This document shows positions 47,101-56,500 of a stretch of DNA of 64,000 bases, in pieces; position 1 is the first letter of the stretch, and each line of letters starts with the position of its first letter. The stretch is from IMG/VR virus record IMGVR_UViG_3300042888_001055. One strand, 5' to 3'. This DNA is from a virus. The notes beneath the pieces were generated by a model, which saw nothing but the letters and a program-made list of their open reading frames with translations, did not search any database and was not told the origin of the DNA. The translations under genes were made by a program, and so were the position numbers.

Positions 47101-48968
47101 TTTAATGTCCAGTCAAAACCTGATCCATTGTAATCTGATGTTGCACATATCCTATCAAATGTACCTGTACTAATACTATTTGCGTATAACCAAACTTCTA
47201 AAGTGAAATCCCCTGTACCAAATGCAAAGACTGAGTTACCCGGCACACTTAAATAATCACCACTACCATCAAAGTATCCACTACCATAAGTACTATAACT
47301 ACTGTTTGGAGTGAATGGATCAAATGAATTTACTGTGGTATTACCACCAACCGTTACAGTGAATGCATTGGTACTGTTATCTATAAATCTGTTAGATTGG
47401 CAGGTTAATAAACTTGTGTTTGCTATTGCTGTTAGTGGACTTGTGGGTGGAGTAAATGCGGCTGTATAGACTGCCGTACCTTTAACAACACGAACATTAG
47501 AAATATACCCTGTAACATACTCAAAATTACCAGCACCATTTCTGCCAACTGCAACAATTTCAGTTGAATCAGTAATTGCTAAAGCACCCATATCTAAATT
47601 CGGCCCTTTAACACCATCGACATATACATTAACCATTGCACCATTGCGTACGCCTGCAATATGATACCAGCGGTTTGTTGTTGCAACTGTGCCAAAAGTT
47701 GAGAAATACACTGTTCCACCATAACCTACTCCAACTATTGGGTATGATGAACCATTTAATCCAAGTACAAAACTCATTGAACCTTGATTACCACCGGCAT
47801 CACATGTACCAATAAAAATTTGTTGAGATACACTTTGTAAATATACCCAACATTCTATTGTAAAATCGCCCGCACCCATAGTAAAGGCAACATTATCCGG
47901 AACACTTATATAATCCCCAGTACCATCAAAGTAATTACTATAATAACCGGGAGTATACGGATTAAAACTATTTGGCCTTGTATCACCAAAAATACTTACA
48001 TTAAAGTTATTCGTACTTGCATCATCTACAAATGTTGTACTTGCACCGGGTATCAATAATGTATTATACTCAAAGTACGGATCATTGGCAACAGTAATAC
48101 TCCAATTGATAGTTCTTACTGCACTACGATTTGTTGTTGCGGCCGTAGCGGTTAGTAATGTACTACTATCAGCAATAACAGTTGGTGTACCAGATATGTT
48201 TGCACCAGTTAATGATAATCCAGTTGGTAGTGCATTAGCACTATAACTAACTGCATAACCAGCGGCATCAGTAGCACTTAATGCTACATTAGAAATAGCA
48301 CTATCCACCGCACTAGTATATGTTGTATTATTTGCTGGACTAACCCAAGTAACAGCATCAACATTGATTGTTAAACTAAAACTTCTTGTACTATCTTGTA
48401 ATTGTGCATCGGTTGCTTGTATCGTAAATGAATATGTTGTACTACTACTATCTACTGGAGCTGTACCAGTTATAACACCATTGGCATATAATGTAGAACC
48501 AGTTGGTAATGAACCAGAAAATAATGAATAAGTTATTGGAGCATCACCACTAGCAACAACAGTATTTGATATACTGGTTGTCTCATAATAACTACCTAAT
48601 GATCCAGCACTTGTTGTCCAAGTTGGTAACACACTATAGATGATACCAGGAATAAATATTGCCGTACCACCATCACTATTTACTACATATATTGTATATG
48701 TACCTGCACTCTTTGCAGGGCTTGTAAAAGTCAATTGATTTGGGTTAACATAAGTTACTACTGCTACTGCATTACCATCAAATGTAATAGTTGCGCCAGC
48801 TAAAAAGCCAGTACCGTTTATTTGTACAGTTTGTCCACCTGCTGGGTCTAATGCCGTATCATCTAAGCCACCAACACTATATCCAGAGATAGTTGGGGGT
48901 AAAGGTTTTAGTGCGTTAATGACACTTACGCTAGTTACAAGGTCATTTACAACTGAGGTTATACTCAT
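44181..48968 (-). CDS. IPT/Ig-domain plus 6 LamG-like domain protein
   Basis: GGQTVQINGTGF (IPT/TIG), SGSLPTG/LPTGLSL (Ig-like), six FDG.GD units. Confidence 0.88.
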   Translation of the reverse strand: MSITSVVNDLVTSVSVINALKPLPPTISGYSVGGLDDTALDPAGGQTVQINGTGFLAGATITFDGNAVAVVTYVNPNQLTFTSPAKSAGTYTIYVVNSDGGTAIFIPGIIYSVLPTWTTSAGSLGSYYETTSISNTVVASGDAPITYSLFSGSLPTGSTLYANGVITGTAPVDSSSTTYSFTIQATDAQLQDSTRSFSLTINVDAVTWVSPANNTTYTSAVDSAISNVALSATDAAGYAVSYSANALPTGLSLTGANISGTPTVIADSSTLLTATAATTNRSAVRTINWSITVANDPYFEYNTLLIPGASTTFVDDASTNNFNVSIFGDTRPNSFNPYTPGYYSNYFDGTGDYISVPDNVAFTMGAGDFTIECWVYLQSVSQQIFIGTCDAGGNQGSMSFVLGLNGSSYPIVGVGYGGTVYFSTFGTVATTNRWYHIAGVRNGAMVNVYVDGVKGPNLDMGALAITDSTEIVAVGRNGAGNFEYVTGYISNVRVVKGTAVYTAAFTPPTSPLTAIANTSLLTCQSNRFIDNSTNAFTVTVGGNTTVNSFDPFTPNSSYSTYGSGYFDGSGDYLSVPGNSVFAFGTGDFTLEVWLYANSISTGTFDRICATSDYNGSGFDWTLNTNSSGLFLASTSYSIGSITPKVWHHLVYTRSGSTIRGFLNGNLSSYATSGSQNISSTSTLAIGTGYSGTPLNGYLVDLRIIKGSIPAGYQTSSTTTGTQIFTPPSEPLTAIANTSLLILQNNQSVNNNVFLDNSTNNFLVTRAGNTTQGTFSPYGGNWSNYFDGNGDSLTASAITGFSTTGDLTLECWAYVTSASDYGGLAGMRNSTSAAGLSINILNTGYLEWAINTNYSGTLCPLNQWFHVALVRSGSSANNCSCYLNGTRVGQFSSTTEANATDAFIIGRYYANGANQYFLNGYISNVRYVKGTALYSGTTYTVPTTPLTAITNTVLLTCQSNRLIDNSVNNFTITKNGDVSVQRFSPFNPSIVTPTSYSGYFDGTGDYLTPTASSEYAFATGDFTVECWVYLPSSPGGEVGFVSTFNTGGGQGFILGTGAGGNAGKLHIGLGNGTGSGNFDLYDSVNLSVNTWVHVAAVRSSGTVTLYKNGVSVGSGSGTNNIERTLLGISISYPNSPQGYVTGYISNVRIVKGTAVYTSTFTPSTTPLTAVSGTSLLTCQSPTFIDNSTNAFAITASGNSQPTQQNPFGFTSATTNGYTVSTIGGSGYFDGTGDYLTAPSNSALAFPADFTIECWVYPLAWATNAPISSGSTGAVQLSKYGANANLGVAIQGLAWHITDAALPTLNTWSHVALTRSGSTLKIFINGVQSGSTGSTAYSFTTTNLIGGDGTSYFQGYISDFRVVKSTALYTSNFVPPAQPLTAIQNTSLLTNMTSAGVYDAAMMTNMETVADAQLSTTVTKFGGSSVSFDGTGDYLFSPTLNVNNLSKFLTSNFTVECWIYPTTTSGDRTIICAVYSWGAGANYEIELRSGVLFVQIGNGITLTSGTTSISANTWTHIALVRSSTTSTTFYVNGVSVATTATNWTADEDCPLTIGCFNINGGSLSNYWQGYIDDLRITKGYARYTSNFTAPTSAFPIY

Positions 48969-49294
48969 GTCAACTCTGATCCAAATAAGTTAAAACTAAC
49001 TGTAGTTGTATTAGCTCTTACTGTAACAACATCGGTTGTTGCTAATGTAATACCAATAGTCATTGTAATACTATCATTGGCATTTACGTTAGTGTCATAT
49101 GATATGTACTGTGCTGTTGCAATTGAGGCGCCAGCTGGTCGTACTGCAACACGAAATGTTGCGGCACTTGCTGCCTGATTACAAATTACAATTGTACTAC
49201 ATACTGCTGAAGTTGATGCTGGTACTGTATATAAATCTATATTTGTATTTGCTGCCGGGTTACTTTGCCCTAAAACTTTATATGTGATTGCCAT
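48965..49294 (-). CDS. small beta-sandwich virion adapter-like protein
   Basis: MAITYKVLGQSNP...LYTVPA...GITL...SFNLFGSE. Confidence 0.78.
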   Translation of the reverse strand: MAITYKVLGQSNPAANTNIDLYTVPASTSAVCSTIVICNQAASAATFRVAVRPAGASIATAQYISYDTNVNANDSITMTIGITLATTDVVTVRANTTTVSFNLFGSELT

Positions 49295-49303
49295 GTTATT
49301 TCC

Positions 49304-52300
49304 TTATGCTCCCATTAACAAGAATGGGCTTATTAAATCTTGTGCTGTAATTCCACCACCCCCAGCATTTCCAGCAGTAAATGTTGTTACTTCAATAGGT
49401 GCTGTGTTTGGCGGAGCAGAACTAAATGTGATTACATTACCCGTTAATGAATATACTGTCCTTGGTTGGAATGTACCTGCTATACTAACTAAGGTAGCGT
49501 TAGCATTTGCTGGTGTAGATGTTAATGTGTACGCTGTTTGTACACCATTACCAGTAAAATTATCTACGCCAATACTTGTTCCAGATGCGGCTGCCCAAGT
49601 TAAATTACCTGAACCGTCTGTACTTAATACAAATGTATTTGAACCGCCGGTTATATGCAAGTTACTTACATTACCTAAACTAACGTTAGCACCACTAAGT
49701 GCTATGTTACCAGTGATATTTGCATAGCCACTAATGTTTGCCCCTGTACCAGTAATAGTCATTACATTAGCATTACCAACTGCACTAAAGTTTATGTTTC
49801 CATTTACTGATGGAATGTTAACATTACTATTGCCGTTACTTATGTTAGATCCGCCACCGCCGCCACCTGATTGTGCTACCCAAGATAGAGCACCGGATCC
49901 ATCTGTACTTAGTACATAACCATTAGTACCGCCTGTAATAACAACATTACCTACTGCACCTAAATTACTTTGCCCAGTAACATTTAATGTACCTGATATA
50001 TTTGCACCTGTACCAGTTATAACTACTACATTAGCATTTCCAACAGCACTAAAGTTAATATTGCCATTTGCAGCCGGTATGTTTACATTACTATTGCCGT
50101 TACTTATGTTGGATCCGCTACCACCACCTGATTGTGCTACCCAAGATAGAGCACCAGATCCATCTGTACTTAATACATAACCATTAGTACCACCACTGAT
50201 ATGTAAATTACCAACAGCGCCTAATGTTACATTAGCTGTAGTTGTAAAGTCAACTACACCAGTTGCATTACTTACTGTTAAACCAATTAATGAACCAGTA
50301 CTAGTTATATTTGGTTGTGCGTTTGTGTATACAGTACCTGAAATTAATGAGTTACTCACTTGTCCAGAAACATTACCGCCTGCTACTGCATTAGCTGTAG
50401 TAGCAAATGTTGCTAATCCAACTGTTATGTTCGCAACATTGGCGTCGGTTACAACAATATTACCATTCATGCCTCCGTGAATAGAGCATTGATATTTGTA
50501 ATTACCTACTATACCATATGGAATTTTCCAATATAGTGTTCCTGCTATTTGACCTTGGGCTGATGTAGTAGTTGATACTGTTCCTGTAGTTGTAACATGT
50601 TCTAAACCAACACTATAGTTTGCACCACCACTTGTTTGAATTAAGAATGGGTGTCCTGATACATTCAAATTAAATGCTAATGTTTGACCACTAGTAACAT
50701 ATATCGCAGGATTGATAGTAGCACCATATTGATCAAATAGATATCCAGATGTTCCGCTAGCAGTGACATTTAGTCGTGTTGTGGCTTGTAGATACAACTC
50801 ATCTGTCGTTAATCCAGCTGTATTGAATGTTGTAATATTACCAAACGTTAATGCACTCAATGCACTACCATCACCAGTAAAGAAATTAGCTGTTACTAGA
50901 TTACCTAAATTAGCATTACCGGCACTAATATTACCACTAGCAATAAATGTATTTGCACTAATTACATTTGCATTAGTGATGTTACCACCAGAACCATTAC
51001 CTGCAATAATATTACCGGCAGATAAATTACCTGTAACATTAGCGGTACCACTAATGTTTGCACCTGTACCAGTTATTACCATTACATTAGCATTACCAAC
51101 TGCACTAAAGTTAATATTGCCATTGGCGACTGGAATGTTTACATTACTATTGCCGTTACTTATGTTAGATCCGCCACCGCCGCCACCTGATTGTGCTACC
51201 CAACTTAGTGTACCTGAACCGTCTGTACTTAGTACATATGCGTTTGTACCACCACTGATATGTAGATTACCAACAGCACCCAAAGTAACATTAGCTGTAG
51301 TTGTAAAATCAACTACACCAGTTGCATTACTTACAGTTAATCCTGTTAATGAACCAACACTTGTTATATTTGGTTGAGCATTAGTTGTTACAGTACCGGC
51401 AGTTGCAACATTTAAGTTAGCAACTTGTGTTGTACTTGTTACTGTGAACGGCGCTGTACCTGTTGTAACGTTACTTACTAGTATACTAGCTGTAACATTT
51501 CCACTTACTGCTAAACTTGTTAATGTACCAACACTAGTAATGTTTGGTTGTGCGTTTGTATATACTGTGCCGGCTATTAATGCGTTAGCTACTTGACCAG
51601 TAACATTACCAGCTGATATATTACTTAAGTTATTACCGGCCCCACTAAAGAAATTAGCTATAGCTAAATTACCTAAATTAGCATTACCGGCAGTAACATT
51701 ACCACTAGCAATAAATGTATTGGCTGATATGACGTTAGCGTTAATAATATTGCCACCAGCACCATTACCTGTAATGATGTTAGTTGTAGTAAGATTACCT
51801 GTAATATTAGCACCAGTGCCGGTAACAACTAATATATTGGCATTGCCTTCAGCACTAAAGTTTATATTACCGTTAGCTAATGGGATATTTACATTACTAT
51901 TTCCGTTTGATATACTAGCTGTAGTAACACCTGTTAATAACGAACCGTTACCTATAAAGTAGTTAGCATTTGCAAGATTACCCAATATTGCATTGCCAGA
52001 ACGAATGTTGGCTAATTCGGTGAATGTTACTACTTCACTTGAAATACCAACATTAGACCCAAATGCTATTTCTGCATTACTTATATCCCAACCCATCCAA
52101 GCAATTTTTGCACTTGTATCGTAATAATTTAATGCGGTACCAACATCTTTACCTGTATTAGCAACCGGGGCGGCACCATTTGGTCCTGTTTGTAAATTAA
52201 TGATTGGGTCACTAATTGATAATGTAGTTGAGTTGATATATGTTAGTGTACCGTTAACTGTTAAATTACCACCAAACACACCATTACCTGATACCGATAC

Positions 52301-53536
52301 ATCTGTTAATGTGCCTAAACTTGTTATGTTTGGTTGTGCATTAGTATATACTGTTCCGGAAATTAATGCATTGCTTACTTGACCGGATACATTAGCAGCC
52401 TGAATATTACTTAAGTTATTACCGGCTCCACTAAAGAAATTAGCAGTAACTAGATTACCTAAATTAGCATTACCACCTGTAATATTACCAGTTACCGATA
52501 GACTAGTTAATGTACCTACACTTGTAATGTTTGGTTGTGCATTTGTATATACTGTACCAGAAACTACACTGTTACCTACTTGAATATTTGCAACATTTGC
52601 ATCAGTTACAACGATATTACCATTCATGCCTCCATGAACAGAGCATTGATATTTGTAATTACCCGTTATGCCATACGGAACTTTCCAATATAGTGTCCCT
52701 GCTATTTGTCCTTGTGCTGCCGAAGCAGTTAATACCGTGCCCGTAGTATCAACATATTCTAAACCAGTACTATAATTTGCTCCACCGCTTGTTTGAATTA
52801 AGAATGGATGACCTGATACATTTAAATTAAATGCTAATGTTTGGCCGCTAGTAATGTATATTGCAGGATTTAGCGTGGCGCCATATTGATCAAATAGATA
52901 TCCAGAAGCTCCACTAGCAGTAACATTTAGCCGTGTTGTACCTTGTAGATATAGTTGATCAGTGGTTAATCCAGCAGTGCTAAAAGTTGTAATATTGCCA
53001 AAAGTTAACGCACTCAATTCACTGCCGTTACCACTAAAGAAATTAGCTGTTGCTAAGTTACCTAAATTAGCATTGCCAGAAGTTATATTACCTGTACCAG
53101 TAATTTCCCCACTACCAAAATCTAAGTTACCAACTGTTGCGTTTCCTGATATATTTAATGTACCGGCTATATTAGCCCCTGTACCAGTAACTACCATAGT
53201 AGTATTGCCAACAGCACTAAAGTTTATATTACCATTGGCAGTTGGTATATTTACGTTGCTATTACCATTACTAATATTACTTGTACTACCGCCACCGCCT
53301 GATTGAGCAACCCAAGATAGATTACCTGCACCATCTGTTTGTAATACATATCCATTAGTACCGCCGGTAATAATGACATTACCAACAGGGCCTAGATTTG
53401 CTGAATTTGTTAACAAAGTCAGTGAAGTTGTTACAGATAAGTTAGCGACAGTAGCGTTGGCAGAAACGTTCATACCGTTAACTGTATAGTTACCGGATGT
53501 CTCTATTCCTGATGGTTTAATTACTGTCAATGCCAT
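49304..53536 (-). CDS. fibre shaft protein with two cupredoxin-like domains
   Basis: Same repeats; two HPF...C-xx-H-xx-M modules; DNFTGNGVQT domain; SPFLLMGA tail. Confidence 0.82.
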   Translation of the reverse strand: MALTVIKPSGIETSGNYTVNGMNVSANATVANLSVTTSLTLLTNSANLGPVGNVIITGGTNGYVLQTDGAGNLSWVAQSGGGGSTSNISNGNSNVNIPTANGNINFSAVGNTTMVVTGTGANIAGTLNISGNATVGNLDFGSGEITGTGNITSGNANLGNLATANFFSGNGSELSALTFGNITTFSTAGLTTDQLYLQGTTRLNVTASGASGYLFDQYGATLNPAIYITSGQTLAFNLNVSGHPFLIQTSGGANYSTGLEYVDTTGTVLTASAAQGQIAGTLYWKVPYGITGNYKYQCSVHGGMNGNIVVTDANVANIQVGNSVVSGTVYTNAQPNITSVGTLTSLSVTGNITGGNANLGNLVTANFFSGAGNNLSNIQAANVSGQVSNALISGTVYTNAQPNITSLGTLTDVSVSGNGVFGGNLTVNGTLTYINSTTLSISDPIINLQTGPNGAAPVANTGKDVGTALNYYDTSAKIAWMGWDISNAEIAFGSNVGISSEVVTFTELANIRSGNAILGNLANANYFIGNGSLLTGVTTASISNGNSNVNIPLANGNINFSAEGNANILVVTGTGANITGNLTTTNIITGNGAGGNIINANVISANTFIASGNVTAGNANLGNLAIANFFSGAGNNLSNISAGNVTGQVANALIAGTVYTNAQPNITSVGTLTSLAVSGNVTASILVSNVTTGTAPFTVTSTTQVANLNVATAGTVTTNAQPNITSVGSLTGLTVSNATGVVDFTTTANVTLGAVGNLHISGGTNAYVLSTDGSGTLSWVAQSGGGGGGSNISNGNSNVNIPVANGNINFSAVGNANVMVITGTGANISGTANVTGNLSAGNIIAGNGSGGNITNANVISANTFIASGNISAGNANLGNLVTANFFTGDGSALSALTFGNITTFNTAGLTTDELYLQATTRLNVTASGTSGYLFDQYGATINPAIYVTSGQTLAFNLNVSGHPFLIQTSGGANYSVGLEHVTTTGTVSTTTSAQGQIAGTLYWKIPYGIVGNYKYQCSIHGGMNGNIVVTDANVANITVGLATFATTANAVAGGNVSGQVSNSLISGTVYTNAQPNITSTGSLIGLTVSNATGVVDFTTTANVTLGAVGNLHISGGTNGYVLSTDGSGALSWVAQSGGGSGSNISNGNSNVNIPAANGNINFSAVGNANVVVITGTGANISGTLNVTGQSNLGAVGNVVITGGTNGYVLSTDGSGALSWVAQSGGGGGGSNISNGNSNVNIPSVNGNINFSAVGNANVMTITGTGANISGYANITGNIALSGANVSLGNVSNLHITGGSNTFVLSTDGSGNLTWAAASGTSIGVDNFTGNGVQTAYTLTSTPANANATLVSIAGTFQPRTVYSLTGNVITFSSAPPNTAPIEVTTFTAGNAGGGGITAQDLISPFLLMGA

Positions 53537-53569
53537 TATATCTTGTCCTTATTATGTATTTAGTTCTTA

Positions 53570-56500
53570 TTAAAAGATCGGGAATGCACTTGTTGCTGGT
53601 GTGAAGTTACTTGTATAACGTGCATAACCTTTTGTTATTCTTAAATCGTCTAGGTAACCATACAATGGAGCTGAAGATACGTCAGACATAATACCAACAA
53701 ATAATGATTGTGTTGTTCCTGAATAAGTGAAACTGTCAGAAATAGTTGTACCAACTATTGTTCCATTAACAAAAAATCTTCCAGTGGAACCTGTTCTACA
53801 ATATGTTACATGTGTCCAAGTGTTAATAGGTATCGCAACAGTTGTGCTACTAGCTTTATTTCCAGAAGTTGAATTAAAATACAATGTATATGGTCCAGTA
53901 CCATTTAAATAAAATCCCCAAGGGCCAGTACCGGTAGAATTATTATAACCAAAACTAGCAATAGTTTGATTACCTGTTCCTGCAGCCGATGTTAAATATA
54001 TCCATGTTTCTACAGTGAAGTCACCAGGCAATGAATATGCAGGATTGTATGGTGCTTTTAAATAGTCGCCCGTACCATCAAAACTCATACTGCTTCCGCC
54101 AAACTTACTTACTGCTGTACTTAGTTTTGCATCACCGACAGTTTCCATGTTATTCATCATTGCGGCATCGTATATACCAGCACTGGTCATATTGTTTAGT
54201 AATACTGTATTTTGCACTGCTAATAGTGGAGCTGCGGATGGTACAAAGTTACTTGTGTATAGCGCAGTACCGTTTACTACACGAACATCGGCAATATTTC
54301 CAGTCATAACATAATTTGAACCTTGACTACCAATAGTTGTACTTGTTATACCTAAATTATATGCTGTTGAATTTGTTTGAGTAGTACCTTGCTGTACTCC
54401 ATCAACAAATATTTTCATACTTGTACCGCTTCTTGATATTGCTACATGCTGCCATGCGTTTAATGTTTTTGAAGTTGCAGGTTGATAATCCCATGCGACC
54501 CCAGCCCGACCCCAGCCATATCCACCGGTAGAAGGTGCATATCCAAAAAATAATCCGTTTGTTCCGCTAGCACTAATAATAAACCAATCAGTTGTTAATT
54601 GTGCTGGGTATACCCAAGCTTCAATTGTAAAATTGCCTGTACCAAAATTAAATGCCGCATTTGTAGGAATAGTCAAATAATCCCCGGTACCATCAAAGTA
54701 ACCACTACCGCCGATTGTACTTACCGTATAGCCATTTGTTAATGCACTAGTAACACCGAATGGATTTTGTTGTGTTGGTTGACTATTACCAACAGCAGTA
54801 ATCGTAAAGTTGTTAGTACTGTTATCTATAAATGTTGGTGATTGTAATGTTAATAAACTTGTACCAGATATTGCTGTTAATGGACTTGTTGGAACTGTTA
54901 TAGTTGATTGTGTTGGATCATATACAGCCGTTCCAACAACAATTCTAAAATTACTAATATATCCCGTGTAGTAATTAGTTAAGTGAGCGCCAATTCGAAG
55001 TATTTCAGTATATGAATTAGTATTTACAACGACCCCTGTAGACGACCTAATGCCATTAACAAATACAGTAGTAGAGGATCCGCTTCTAACCCATACTATA
55101 TGGTTCCAAGTATTTAATGAAATTGTCGAAACAGTAAAGGTAGTAGTTCCTGTACTATCTTGTATAGTAACGGTTGTAGAACTTGCAATTCTTCCAACTA
55201 ATCTTCCGCCGACACTGTTTGTTGTTCCAAACACATACATATCTGCGGTCAAGGTAGTTGTAGCATATACCCAACACTCTATAGTAAATGAGCCTGTTGT
55301 AATATTAGTTGCAGGGCTTGTTGCTAATAGTAAGTAATCTCCTGTACCATCAAAATAACCACTATAACTTGTTGGGGTTACTATTGATGGATTGAATGGA
55401 CTGAAACGTTGTACTGAAACATCGCCGTTCTTTGTGAGAGTAAAGTTGTTTATACTGTCATCAACTAATCTATTGTCCGCACAGGTTAATAGTTGTGTGT
55501 TAGTGATAGGTGTTAATGGTGTGGTGCTTGGGGTAAACGCACTTGTATAAAGTGCAGTTGTGTTATTAATACGAATGTTTGACAAATATCCTGTTATAAA
55601 TGAGCTTCCACTAGAATATGCTCCGATTCCAAGTGCCTGAGTGTAATTAAAATTAGCAGATGTTTGAGATGCAGTGAGCGCACCATTTATAAAAAATCTA
55701 ACGGTACTACCAGACCTTGAGACAGCAAAATTAACCCATTGATTTGTTACCGCACTTGAATTGCCGTTTAAAAAAGAACTTCCATCGTATGCGCCAAATC
55801 CACGCTGATATCCATATTCAATATACCAACCAGCTGAGCCATTCCCGCCAACCAAAACACCAAATTGAGAGGTAGAGAGTAAATATACCCAGCCTTCAAT
55901 AGTAAAGTCTCCGCTAAAGTTTGATATTGACGCAGATGATGGAGTTGTCAAATAATCACCAGTACCATCAAAGTAGTTACTCCAATTACCACCATAAGGA
56001 CTAAATGTACCTTGAGTAGTATTACCGTTGCGAGTTACAAAAAAGTTATTTGTACTGTTATCTAAGAATACATTATTGTTTACTGATTGATTGTTTTGTA
56101 ATGTTAATAAACTTGTATTTGCTATTGCGGTTAGTGGAGCTGAGGGTGGTGTGAATGTTGTTGTGTAAACTGCGGTGCCTTTTACTACACGAACATCGGT
56201 TATATAACCATTAAAATAACGATAACCAGATTCAAATGGAAATGCTCCAATCGTTAAACCAATTGATGAATTTGTTATTGCACCCACACTTGCAAAACCG
56301 CCCGGATTTAGCAAAGTTCCATTAAGAAATGCGTATCCGACCCCAGACGACACTGTCATGGCAACGTGATACCAAGTATTTAATAAAGTAGTTGATGTAT
56401 AATCATAAAATTTTTCCGTAGAAGTTGATCCAGTGGTATTAAAATAAAATCTAAAGACTGTAGCACTTATTCTTCTGACACCAAAACCTTGGGCCCATGA

